DNA from: Lingula anatina
Taxonomy: Eukaryota; Animalia; Brachiopoda
Assembly (NCBI GenBank): GCA_051362555.1
Contig: CM120645.1
Span: forward strand, 24,456,934-24,520,933
Reading direction: 5' to 3'
Length of the DNA: 64,000 nt
This document shows, one piece after another, positions 48,901-62,300 of the stretch (its first letter is position 1; every line of letters begins with the position of its first letter). The notes below the pieces were generated by a model. The model worked only from the letters and a program-made list of their open reading frames with translations. It was not told where the DNA came from and did not search any database. The translations under genes and the position numbers were made by a program.

Positions 48901-51436
48901 CGTACAGAAAAAATTAATTAAAATAAAGAAAATGTCATTTTGGTCAAAATTCTTGAAATAGGAGGTGCTCTGAAGTTTCAGAAGTTCAAATTTGATGAAA
49001 TAATGTCATTTTTAAACACAAGTTGTCTGCTTTGCCAAGCCTTATGTTTTATTTTTCCAGAGTTCAAAATTTATTATCCATTACCGTACTGCACATTTTG
49101 CTTTTACCACCAATATGTACTTTTTGATACAGCGTAACTCGAAAACCGTATGGAATACAAAAAAACCGAGACCACCTCCAGTGTTGGGCTTTACATGCTC
49201 TACAAAATGCAAAAAAGAATGGGTCTCTAGCATTAACGGTTCCCGAATTAGAGACAGTTTTCAGTTTCGGTATCTTATGGCCGCTACTCCCGTGAAAATG
49301 CACCGATTGACCCCAAATTCATAAAGATGAAAGATGACCTGAAGGGTAACACCTTCCAATAATATTATTGGTTAATTCTGTGTGGTGTCTGAATAACAGG
49401 GCAAAAAAAATTTTTTTCGTAAAAAATTTCATTTTTTTGAAAATTTTGGCCCATTTGACCTTGAAGTAAAGGTCAAAGGTCAAATCCAAGGGTATATTTG
49501 AAATCTACACATGTGACTTTTGGAAAGCCGTCTATAGAAATTTTTCCCATAACTCCTTCCGTAGGGTAGATAATTAGCATTTAATTTTGCCAGTTTTAGA
49601 CAAGGGTGCATTGTAATGAGTGCCACACCCAGACCCCAATACCGACAAAGCCCAAATTTTACGTGGAACGAGTTGAGATTATAGGTGACCTAAATCCATG
49701 AGATGGGTACGGGGGCCCTTACCGTCTAGGAGGAGAAGCGGTAACGGTAGCCGTCCGGCGGAGCCGGCGGAGCCAACGGAGCCGGCGGAGCCGGCGGAAC
49801 GATCCGGACGGGACCGAAACCATGTGTACCGCCAGCGCTAACGCTGGTGGTACAATTATATCAATTAATGACACATAAAATACTTCATAATTACTAACTT
49901 CATTGTGTCTTTTCTGTCTGGGTGATCTGCTATAACTCTGGCCAAGGCATCATATTCTAAAAGATAAAGGAGAAAGATTCCACAAATATACTATTATGCA
50001 AAATGGTGACTGCAAAATTTTTTTTAATAGAATTTCATTTATCTACATTTAAAAGAAAATCATTTATTTCACATTTAATAAGAATCTCTTCCTTTTCACA
50101 TTTTTTCACTCACGTTGTCGATTTCTTCTTACTCTCTTTGCTGTCTGCAACTCGTTCTTACATTCAGAGATTTTTTCTAAGGCATCTTGAATGCTGCTTT
50201 CTGGAATTGAAATAAGCCAGTACATAACGTATTAAAGGATACTATAAATGCAACATTTTTGATGTAATGATCACTTCTGAAATCTTTAAATGTTCTTCCC
50301 ATTTCTAAGTTAAGGGAAACATCGTATCATATGCTGATACTAGAAAACCTGTAGAACAAGCACAAAACAATGAAAACCTCGAAACTCTGAGGTCAAACAA
50401 CCTATTCTTTTATTCTGTCCTTGATAGTTCTCCTGTTCTTTGAGATTCATTCTGTGAACTATAACAGATTTTTCCATTGCCATCTCACACTGGGACAATG
50501 TGGCCAACATCCTCTGCTCTGTAGCAAGACTGGAAGTAGAACATCAGGCAATGATTAAATAGAAAACTATTTTTGATTTTAAACGTTTTGATTCATTTAT
50601 CTTTAAGGATAGAATAATATTATAATGATTACATCAACTTGGTTTAAATGAAGAATTGATAACAGTTTAGAAGTGGTGCTTTAATTTTTATTATTTGTAA
50701 CAGGACAAAACTAAGATTAGGGCATAATATAAATTATCAATTACATTTAAGCTTGTGAGTACATGTTTTAGGGTATGAACATCCAAATTTACACTTAAAA
50801 ATGATAACTGCTGTAACAGAGCTGAGACAGCCAAACACAGTGTCTGTGAGCACCCAAATATAATCAGATGAAAACTAAAGAAGTGTTAAGAAAATTAAAC
50901 ATACCTTTCTTCTGGAGTGTCGTCTGTAGAGTTACACCATTTTATGAACATCTTTAATAAACTACCAATTCTACGGTCATCATTTCCTCCGTCTCCTTCA
51001 ATCAAAAGTCTCTTGCGAATAATGTCATCTGAAAAATAAAACAGAACAACTCAAGAACTGCAGACATGACGTGATAAAGTTTATATGCTTCCATATCAGC
51101 CTAACGGATCATAAAATTCTATTTCTAAAGAAATCCATCCCGAATTACTTTTAAATATATGACCAATCATTTAGATTCGTCTTGTTGTGTTTTACTTCCC
51201 CGAGTGATACTGAAGGAGTCTTTACTCTTCACTTTAGCCTTTAGCCTTGCAGTCAATCAAGCCGACATTAATTTTCTTGTTAAAGATGAAACCGATGTTC
51301 GCTGTTCTAAACTGCTGGGCGTCTATGATACACCTGAACATATAACGAGGATCAACACATGCCGTTTAAGGTACACTTTCACCTATGAATCGGTTTTAAA
51401 CAGAAACCCTCATGCGTACTCACCGTCAGTCGCCAT
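45999..51436 (-). CDS. THOC7: THO complex subunit 7, 8 exons
   Basis: Minus-strand exons: 51436-51424, 51028-50905, 50529-50402, 50201-50114, 49956-49899, 46831-46765, 46507-46438, 46054-45999 (TAA). MATDDDIIRKRLLIEGDGGNDDRRIGSLLKMFIKWCN...QRMLATLSQCE...RRNRQQYDALARVI..HPDR...LRRKQFHVLI. The last exon is less certain. Confidence 0.92.
47227..49858 (-). mobile_element. Helentron-associated (HINE/DINE-1-like) element with a ~10-copy 146-bp core array, in THOC7 intron 5
   Basis: On the minus strand: 5' subTIR TTGTACCACCAGC within a hairpin (49826-49855), GC-rich (CCGCCGGCT)n repeats, 146-bp core repeats (GTAGGTCAAAGGTC at 47433, 47577, 47723 ... 48745), an inverted 3' subTIR (47264-47276), the hairpin GAGGCG-ATAC-CGCCTC (47242-47257) and terminal CTAGTT. 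Confidence 0.8.
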
Positions 51437-51694
51437 TTTCAGAGAAATAGGTCAATACTACTTAGGCCATAGTCAAACAAAAAATTAAATTTGATAAAAG
51501 CAATATCAATTACAATAAATTTGGTACATTTTCGAATTATTTTCATCTTACAAAGTTGGGAGATTAATCGCAAATCGATGTCATAGACAAGATATACAGT
51601 GATTTAGTAAAGCGGCCCTTCCTTTTCCGGAAATAAACGGACTTGACGTCACGATCGGCTATACTCGGAATCAAAAAGCAACAAGATCTGCAAA
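51437..51694. promoter_or_regulatory. Bidirectional promoter shared by THOC7 and ATXN7
   Basis: Divergent ATGs are 258 bp apart. ETS-like TTCCGGAA (51625) and CRE TGACGTCA (51644). Both starts lie in an AAAATGGCG context (YY1/Kozak-like). Confidence 0.65.
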
Positions 51695-54600
51695 ATGGCG
51701 ACTTTAGATGATAGTCCGTCGCTATTTGCAGGCCAACCTTGGACTGCTTGGGAAGAGAAAATTAAATCTAAAGGTGAGAATGTATCAATCACACATATAT
51801 TTATTTTTTCTGTTAGTATCAGGAATGAGAGTTTCGTCTGAACGGTTTCTTTCACTGTCACTTTTGACCCAATTTCTGAGAAGGGATTTCCCATGCTTCT
51901 TTTAAAGTGCCTGTCAATTCAAACATCCTGTGTTTGTTTCAGGGGAGGACGACTCGGTGAAGCCAAAACGCGTAAATTGCGATGATACAGAAACAGTGAA
52001 GCTCAGGAAAGAAGGTGAGGAGTGCAGTGAACGAGTATTTTCCCTTGACAACAGTGTGAACTTGCCCTCTCGTTTCTTAGTGTGGGTCCTTCGTTACTCG
52101 GTCCCAGTCCACCTGAATGTCAAATATTCGCCTGTTATAAATATAATATTTTTATGCATCTGTCGATGTAATCATTATTTTTTAGAGAAAGGCCTTTCAT
52201 ACAAAACTGACAAGATGTATTAATGCATAAAACTATTGGCAAGGAAAATAGTTTGTTATCAGTTTGTTTGTTGTCAAAATTGGAGCACATGTTGTTCTTA
52301 GTCATTGTGATTAATTTTTCCTAGACTTACTCTATGCAATTAAACAATCAAACAATCAGTTTTATATGTATTTTAGAACTACATTCATGTTGTATAGTCT
52401 TATTTAATAACATTCTTATATGTCATGTGAAATCAATGCAAAGTTTATTTTTGAAACTGGAATTTTGAACCAATGACAGTCTATATACTGAAAGATTACA
52501 CCCCTAAGTGATGTGGACAATTGCTATGAATTTTAACAATTTGTTTGACTGCAAGATTTAAAAATAAATTCTTTGTAAAAAAATTCAGATGTTTTACTCA
52601 TTATACAGCTTTCATTTTAGATTTTACCAGCTGATAAATCTGTCAGTCTACATTGACTGCTGTCAGTGCTTCTCTTTCAGTATTGGCTTATAGTTTTATT
52701 TGTTTTTAGTTCATCACAATAGTTGGAAAATTAATTCATTTTCATATTTTGATTTCAAAAGGTTATGTACAGGTTGTAAAGCCAGTGTGAACTGTCCAGT
52801 TTAAGCAGTTTTGAAGGTTTTTGACAATCGTTTGATTTAAATATATATATTTATGCACATCAGCTTTCTTACATGCTAGTTTTTCTTCTTATCATGTAAC
52901 ATTTGCCTATTATCTTTCTAAGAAGCTTTCTGAACACCAAACTTGAACTAAAATTGTAAAATCTTTTATTGTTCACTACATTGTGTTCATATTTTATCAC
53001 ATTTGTTCTCATCTTTTTCTGTTCTTTTTCTTTTTTTTTTTTGTACTATGAAAGTTTGTCATGCATACATCATTAACATCAGCAGCAAAACTGAACTTCA
53101 TCGGACATGAGTGCACCATAGTGATGTTTTAAAAATAGTGACTTATACTTAATATAATACAGAAAATACAAGATGCCTAGTTCTTGTTGTCCATTGGAAG
53201 TTTTATTTAGTGTTGTATCTCACCATCATTAAGTTTTAGACCTTTTCCAGATGAAGCAGAATACTTTGGCAGTATACTGTCCTTACGGGTTTGCTTTGAG
53301 AGATTGACAACTTAATGGCCTGGCTATTGTGTAAAACAGTCGCCTCATTGAGGGCTCTTAGCTTATCACAACTAAATAGATAACTAAACAACAGGAAGCA
53401 GACTTGTTGAGAGCTTGTGAAAGTGAGTCCAGCCCCTGTATTCTGCTACATGTGAGAACCTCTCATAGTGAGCTGGTGGAGACTGTAGTGTATAGCTTAA
53501 GTGACTGTCCCAGGTGAAATGGTCTCATTTGCCTAAAACATGTCTCAAATGAAACAGTTTGAATATGGAAGAATCAGCTGGTTTTCAGTTCTATATGAGC
53601 TAAGTACATTAGGAATGTAATATATAGGTCATTAATAGAAATTACTTATTATATGAATTAGTTTTCCTAAATAGTTGATTTATGTGACACATAGATCAAG
53701 AATAGAAATGACTGCTTATATAAATTAGTTTTCCTAAATAGTTGATATTAACGGGAATTATTTTGTAGAATGTTTGTCAGATAATTTTAACAGAATCTTA
53801 TAACACCATCCAGTTTATTCTTAAAATAGAATAATTTGATAATTTCTTGAACAGTATCAAACTTAATTTGTTTGATGCTTGCATTCTATTTACATATGCT
53901 GTTGGCAAAGCAGTACAGTGTAATAGAAAGTGTTAATAGGAATTCACATCATTTGAAAGGGTTCTGTAATTGTTGGTAACCACAGAGTTTAAATTTTTCA
54001 CCAGTTAAGGTACTGATGGCAACCAGCCATCAGGATATGAAGTATGATATCCTGAAAACTCAAACCAAGAAGCACCTCAAGGTATCAACATGGAATGAAC
54101 ACTTGTGGAATTCCCAGATATTGAAAGTGCCAAAACTAAGAACAGTGGGAGCCCCATGGACTATTATTGCCTGGGCATTGTCAACTTTTCAATAATTTTA
54201 TGATTCTACCAAATACAATACAAATACAATTCTAATGCAGTTATTGAAAATGCATTTTAAAATATATTTGAAGATGTATTTTGGAAAATGTTTTGATGTC
54301 AGATATGTTTCTCTTAGAATTATCATATTAGTTTAATAATATATGTACCATTCATCTTTTGGTTGCAAATAGTATCATTATTATCGTTTACATGTAGGGG
54401 CTTAAGCTCTCTGATACACCCCAAACATCTAATGTGTCACAGCTTTCTTTTTATAATACTACTATTAATGACAAAACTTCTCATCTATACCTAAAACTTA
54501 ACAGTTATCAGCCTTGGGGGAAATACTAAATCAGAGAAGAAAGTTTTCTAAGATTGGTGACTCCTTCATCTGCAGTGCATAGGCTGTTATCTGGGAGTCT

Positions 54601-57600
54601 TTTCAGAGGTCATTATGTTGCTGTGCTATGTTTCTTGGAATCTAATTCAGGTTATAAAGATTAAGTTATATATGCAGGATTTAGCACTTTTATCACAGTG
54701 GTTGTCAAGTATTGAAGTAGATTAAGCTATCTATCTTGTTATATAGGTTATCACACTTGGCATCTTTGTTGTATGGTGTGTGCGTGCGCACACACACACA
54801 TACGCTAAGAGAGAGAGAAAGCTTTTTAAATCCTTCAAATTTCTCCTCTTATGAAAGCTCAGTCATGTATTAAGAATATACCCTTAGCGGAACTTCTTCT
54901 GTGTTGACATACCCAGTATATCTTGTCCCCAGTGAGGAGAATATGGACTGAATTCTAAATCCAAACATAATGGTTATTATATAATATAAATTGAGATGGC
55001 TAGATTAAAACTTTTTGGTATGACTTGACTGTTGTTCAATGAAATGTAAGTCAAGTTAAACAACTACAAAGGTCTAAGGTTTATTAACTGATTAGAAAAT
55101 GGAAAATCTGTTTTGTGAATGTGGAGAATGTTTATTATGTTCATTTTATAGTACAGGTATCAGTTTGTATTATTACACAGCAACAGCTCAGAAATCAGGG
55201 AATGCTAGCTTGAGGAAAAGATGTATGTTGTCCAAAGAAAATGGAAACAGTTTCTAGCAAGCTTGCCAACTTGTTGTTCTTCTATATCATTTAATTTGTA
55301 TTGACTAATATTTTAAGTGGTTTGAATTACACAATTTATTCAAATGAGCCCAACACTAGTAATGTATGAGGAATCAATCTCATATATAGAAATTTCCCCA
55401 GTGACATGTCAGAATGAGATCATAGCTGAGCATGCTCTTGTCAGGAGCTGGGGATAAAGAAGAGGAGATTCTTGCTTTGTATTGGAATTAACATGATGTA
55501 AATTGCATCCGACATATCAAGTAACTGCAGTGAAGTTGACTGAAAGTCTACCTGTGGGTGGTTTGTTGGCTTGATTTGTGTCTGGATGTTGATAATAGAA
55601 TAAGAATTATCTGTATTTTTATACAATGTGAACAAGAGACATGTCTGGGAAACCTGAAATTCCAGTAAAACCACCAGAAGAGGGTGTCGGAGAAGTAATT
55701 AAGAAATTAGTACCTTCATACGTCTTTATCACTGAAAAATAGCTGATAGTCAACAGAAAAATCTTTTAAAAGTAGCCACTTTCCACCTGTTCTTGGGTCC
55801 TGTGTAGATGTGGCTGTGATAGATGGAGGGGGTTGTAAACTGACAGTTCATTTATTCACTACATAGCTGGCAGTGAGGTAACTGAATTATTAGGATGGAT
55901 TTCCCTGGAAAAAGATACAAAAAGAGCTCACCATGGACATGGAAATGATATCTCTAGGGTGTTTAAGTTGTCAGAATTGGATGAAATTGTGTGTTTTCTG
56001 GAGGAGCTATTTGTCATGGAGAGATGTGTGTATCCTGGCACAGAGAGTGAGAAGCTGGATTAGTACACAATCAGGTCTCTGCTCAGGGAGGTTGTAGTGG
56101 ACAAATTAATATTGACACGGTACAGGATTCTGGGGACAAACATTGTCAATCTAAGTGTAATGTTAGGCAAAATGATATTGTGTATTTTCTGTTCAGTTGC
56201 ATGGAATGTTGGGATGTGCATGTCCTCTAATGAACTTTGGAGTCCTGATGTGAACTGTTGTATATAACACTTTCTGATGATTACACAGTGAAGTGGTAAT
56301 AGCTGGTATATTTACACCACACAGTATAGAGACACAGAAAGAGACAAGGAGATACATTGGGAGAGAGGATGGTCATTTATGTCCTCTGAAACATAATATT
56401 TTGTGTGATGTTTCTTCTCATAAAACAACATGAATGTCTATCCCAGAAAAATCATATTAGCTACACTGATTTCTCCTCTACTAAGTGCCTGTTTGGCATG
56501 TGTACAGAGAATGTTTTAAGGCATCTTCAGTTATTCCTAGAATGTGTGTCAGATGTATGGATCCGGAAAGGGGAGAGTAGAAAGTACTTCAGTGTGCTAT
56601 TAACTAGAAAGCAAAGTGAAACCTTTTTATATCCATGGAAATTGATTCTTTTAATCTGCATATGCAGTGTGTTTTAGTGGAATCATGTATAAAGTGTCCG
56701 TGTGGTGAAGGGTGGGAGGACCACAGAGCTCACAACAGGTGTTTATAGATGGGAAAACCTTGAACTACATGTAGATGTGAAAAACTACATGTAGTGTGAC
56801 TAGGAAGCATTTCAGGATAACCAGCACACAGTGCACCAGCACTATTTAATTAACTTTGACAAATCAATGGCAGAAAAAGTGAGCTATTTCCCCCTCTTTT
56901 TTGGCTGTGATATGTTTTGACCACTTCTACTGTCAAATAATTGAGAGACTGGCTTGACCCCAACATGTACCTGAAGTGCTTGGTGGACTTTGAAGACATG
57001 TTCTAGGTAAAGTAGAGGCAAGGATATTTGTGGGCAACCGGAATGGGATCATTAATTCTCTGTGCATCAGTGGACAGACACTATCTCCCCAGTATGAAGC
57101 TGTTGGTAGATGAACACTGTATCTCTCCAGTATAAAGCTGTTGGTAGATGAACATTATATCTCCTCAGTAGAAAGCTGTTGGTAGATGAACACTATATCT
57201 CCCCAGTAGAAAGCTGTTGGTAGATGAACACTATATCTCCCCAGTAGAAAGCTGTTGGAAGATGAACACTATATCTCCTCAGTATAAAGCTGTTGGTAGA
57301 TGAACATTATATCTCCCCAGTAGAAAGCTGTTGGTAGATGAACACTATATCTCCCCAGTAGAAAGCTGTTGGTAGATGAACACTATATCTCTCCAGTATA
57401 AAGCTGTTGGTAGATGAACATTATATCTCCCCGGTATAAAGCTGTTGGTAGATGAACACTATATCTCCCCAATATAAAGCTGTTGGTAGATGAACACTAT
57501 ATTTCCCCAGTATAAAGCTGTTGGTAGATGAACACTATATTTCCCCAGTATAAAGCTGTTGGTAGATGAACACTATATCTCCCCAGTATAAAGCTGTTGG

Positions 57601-59283
57601 TAGATGAACACTATATCTCCCCAGTATAAAGCTGTTGGTAGATGAACACTATATCTCTCCAGTATAAAGCTGTTGGTAGATGAACACTATATCTCCCCAG
57701 TATAAAGTTGTTGGTAGATGAACACTATATCTCCCCAGTAGAAAGCTGTTGGTAGATGAACACTACATCTCTCCAGTAGAAAGCTGTTGTTAAAGCCAGG
57801 ACAGTAACAGTTGGTGGTTAGTGTAAGAGGAAGTAATAACCTGGAGGTCAATGACTTGTATTGCTACCTGGCCTTGAGTGACCCATCAGACTGGTTTATG
57901 TGTCCTTTGCCATCCTAATATAATAAGTTGTAAAATGCTACAAAGTGAGATTTTTTATCTCTTCATTCTGATAGCAGAGACTCCAGGTGTATTCTGGGAA
58001 GAGGTCAGTCTGGAGTGACCTCACTGTCCTTGAACCGGTATGGTCAGGCCATTGTATAGAGCAGTATATAGGAAGTAAGCCACCTGTTGATAGGACAGAG
58101 GTGGAGATTAATGTTATGCTAATTTACCACTGTTTAGTCATTTAAATGTCGTCACTATTAAGCAATCATTGGACTAGTTTTTGGTGGACTTTCAGTTTTG
58201 TCTACATGAATTAAGATATAGTTGGATATCTGTATGTTCTTGATTTGATGTTATGATCACAGGCATTTGTTTTGATAACAAGCATTTTTGATACCATTAC
58301 TGAATTTTATGACTTCTAGTAATGAAATGCAGACAAAAAAGAAAACATTATTTTTATACTACCATTACATAAGTACATATGGCAGGTGGTAGCTTTATAA
58401 TCAGTGACCTGGAGTTGTTATGTGGTTGACCTCGGAATTCTTGTCTTTAGAAATGAAGATAAGGACCAACTCTAGCTCTGCTCTGCTCTGTTTGTGAAGC
58501 ATTAAATTAGAAGTAAAGCCTATTTTAGGATACAATCCATGACCTTATTGGTTAAATTGATGGTTGTGTAAGGGAAAACAGTCTGGAATTAGGTCTGTAT
58601 TTATAAGCTGTATGATGTGTGCCGATACATGGCCAAGAATTGTGACAACTAGTAGTGCTGTAAATGTACATCACTGTGAGGAGAGATAAAGTATGTTATG
58701 TTTTTTAGACAAGGACAATTATTAGTGAAGTGATTGGCAAATGTTTTATAGAGTAGTCAGTTGTAATATGTGGCAGTCTTTTTGACATGTGCCAGAGGAA
58801 TAAGTGAGGTTGAAATTGAAAGTGAATAGTCAAAGATTGCTGCAGTAGGTTTGGTTTGTGTAATCAAGTATAAAGCTTAACTCTGACCTAGTCATTTGTA
58901 CAGTTTTACTCACATCCAACAGACAATTACCTCCAGTAATGTGGTTAAAGATGTATAGTGTAAAATATTCCTGTGAAAAATGCGTACCTATGTACTGACA
59001 GATTTTCATGGGATAAACAGTATTTTGCTCTGACTAACCAACCTTTGATCTTCCTTTCTTGACTCTCACCAATCTGAGAAAAATGAAAAATTTGAGAAAA
59101 TTAACAAGTCCCTAACTTAGGCTGAAGCAGTGAATTTACAAATCCCACCGTCTTTTAAGCTCATTTCTCACAGTGGCTACCAGGTGGTGTGCCATGTAAT
59201 AATGTGTCATGATGGTTGGTGGTTGCTGAGGTTTATGTGAAGGTGGGGAGTTGAAAATTTTAATTTTTACAGTGGAAATTAAT

Positions 59284-59333
<50 letters not shown>

Positions 59334-62300
59334 AATATGACAAAGAAATATTACTGATCTGCAACCCAATGAGATCTTTATAATAATGAGACAAAAATGA
59401 CTGTGGTCTAACATGATGCTGCCATTCTGTCCACTGTTGAAGGATGATGAGGATGTACTTCATCAAGTGGTGAATGCACTAAGTGTCTCAAATCCTTCAC
59501 TTAGTTACTTTATAGTAAGTTCCTGTCTTCATATGATTCTTAGTCAATATCTGTCTTGCACTGTAGTGGATAGTTCAAATTTTTCAATGATGTCCATTAA
59601 TTGTGTTTCAGATAAGCCACTGTTTGGGCTGTGTCCTGCACAAGACCAGTGTTATTTTGTTATTTACTGTATTCTTTATTTGGATACATTGTAACTTAAT
59701 GATGTCACTTTATTGTGTTTCAGATAAGCCACTGTTTGGGCTGTGTCCTGCACAAGACCAGTGTTATTTTGTTATTTACTGTATTCTTTATTTGGATACA
59801 TTGTAACTTAATGATGTCACTTTATTGTGTTTCAGATAAGCCACTGTTTGGGCTGTGTCCTGCACAAGACCAGTGTTATTTTGTTATTTACTGTATTCTT
59901 TATTTGGATACATTGTAACTTAATGATGTCACTTTATTGTGTTTCAGATAAGCCACTGTTTGGGCTGTGTCCTGCACAAGACCAGTGTTACCTGGTGGTG
60001 TGTGAGAAGTGTGGTCAGGTGGTGAAACCCCAGGCTCTCAAGAAACACACAGGTATGTATGAGGAGCTATGGGGACTGTGTGTGTTCAGGTCAAGGTCAG
60101 GTCATTTTAAGAATTTTAAAAAATTATTTAAATTATTTCATACACTGAAGAAGTTATTGGGAAATAAATTATACTGCTATTGTTTCTACTAATGGCTTTG
60201 GTTTGTATGATTTCTAGAACAACGCCATGGGGTAAAGTTGCCATTGGCTCCTGTTAGGGCTGTCACGCCCACAGCTGGAGCACTGAAGTCCAGCACACCA
60301 CCGCCATCTAGGAACAAATCTCCTGTATCTGCTAATGCCTCCGTGTCACCTGGGCCGGGGTCAAAGTCAAAATCTTTAACATCAGCTCCATCAAAATATG
60401 GCAATTCCTCTTCCTCTGGCAAGGCAGCTAAACCACCTCCTCCGTCCACCAGCAAAATAAAACAGTTAGTGGCGCTGTCACAGATCAAATCTGACCCAGT
60501 AGTGAAGGTGGAGCCACTGGACCAGAGTGTGGTGAATCAATACAGCCCCACTCCAGAGGCTGTGACTACAAAAACTTTTGTCGACACAAAGCCAGTGGTG
60601 ACAAAATCATTGTCATCTCCCAGTGTGTCACTTACTAAGACAACGTTACCAGTAACAACAGTGCCATTGTTATCACCTGTCACCACGACAACAACAGTAA
60701 CAGCATCATCATCAATATCAACACCCACAAAAACTAACTTAATTAGGAGTAACAGCTCCAGTAGCAGTGCTGGAAGTGGAAGCTCTAAGAAACTAGTCAA
60801 GGAGAGGAAGTTCTTGCCCTGCAAAGGTAAGCTATCTGTAATGCCAACATAGCTGGAAATATACAGAACATATTAATTGTAAGAAATCTTTCTGCTGAAA
60901 AACAGTCTGATAATAAAAGCATTCCAGGAGGCAATGTCAGTTGTTGTCATTATAAACAAAACAGTGTCAGTTGTTGTCATTGCAAACAATAGTGTCACTT
61001 GTTGTCGTTTCCAGCAATGCAATGTCACTTGTCATAACCAACAATGCAATGTCACTTGTTGTCATAACCAACAATGCAATGTCACTTGTTGTCATAACCA
61101 ACAATGCAATGTCACTTGTTGTCATAACCAACAATGCAATGTCACTTATTGTCATAACCAACAATGCAGTGTCACTTGTTGTCATTATAACCTTGTCAGC
61201 TTGTGTCACTCCCATTGTATTCTGTCTCCCCACCATCAAGATGTAATAGGTCTACATTGATGTTGTGTGGTCTGTATATTTCAGATCGTGAGTTTGATCC
61301 TGATCGACACTGTGGGGTGTGGATCCCAGAGATTAGAAAACAGTGCACAAGGTCTTTGACATGCAAGGTAAAGTGAAAACAAATCTCTATGATTGACTAT
61401 AATTGATATATATCTTGCTGACAGAAGCAAGGGGGGGGTCTGTCCCCCAAATTTCTAAACAAGGGACCCACTGTCCCCTTGTTTTCAGAACCCAGATGCA
61501 ACACTGTTATGATATTGAATATATGTTTTATAAGTTATGTTGTCAGCTATTTCGACAGACACATGCCTTATTCCTGTGAAGGGCTGTCCAGGACGAGCAA
61601 ATAGAATTCTAGATATAAGTTATTAGTTACATTGTCATCTGTTTCTACAGACACATGCCTTATCCCTGCGGAGAGCAGTCCAGGACAGGAGCAAATCCTT
61701 TGATGAACTTCTGCGGGAACACCGAGCAGCTAAAGAGGCCTTGTTGCAAGCCAAACAAGCTGCTGCTGGAATGGTGGCGGCCAAAAAATCCTCCAACAGT
61801 GGTGGCAGCAGTGGGATCAAAGCTGAACCTTCCCGCCGCCAGTCCGTGAACTCTGAGTCCTCTTTGAAGGGCAGTGCGGGCTCTCACCACGCCATCGCTG
61901 CAACAGCATTACCACTGGGGCCAAAGTTACCCACCAAGCCTAGTAGTCACCGACTGCCCAATTCATTCTTAAGGTACAGGCAATAGGGGATAAGTTTGCT
62001 GCCAGTTGTATACAGCCTCACTTAGACTGGGTTCCCATACATAGATCAATCTAACAGGATCGATCTATCCATATAAAGCCTCACTTTCTCTGTATGCAGA
62101 AATTTACAAATGCAGTATTTCTACAAGTCTTTCCTCTGTCAGAAGCATTTTGAATATTATTTGATGTGACCATTTAGTGTTTTATATATCCTGACAAAAA
62201 TTTAGCTTAGAGCACAGTAATCTACATAAAGATTCTGGAGTATTTGGTTGCTGTGATTTCAGACAAAATTCTCAGAGTGCCAAGGAGGCCGCGCCCCCTC

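Noticed and set aside
57080-57790. CRISPR-like appearance of 32-54-bp arrays (also 7733, 35682, 43584)
   Set aside because: Units are head-to-tail with no unique spacers, there are no cas genes, and the context is eukaryotic and intronic.
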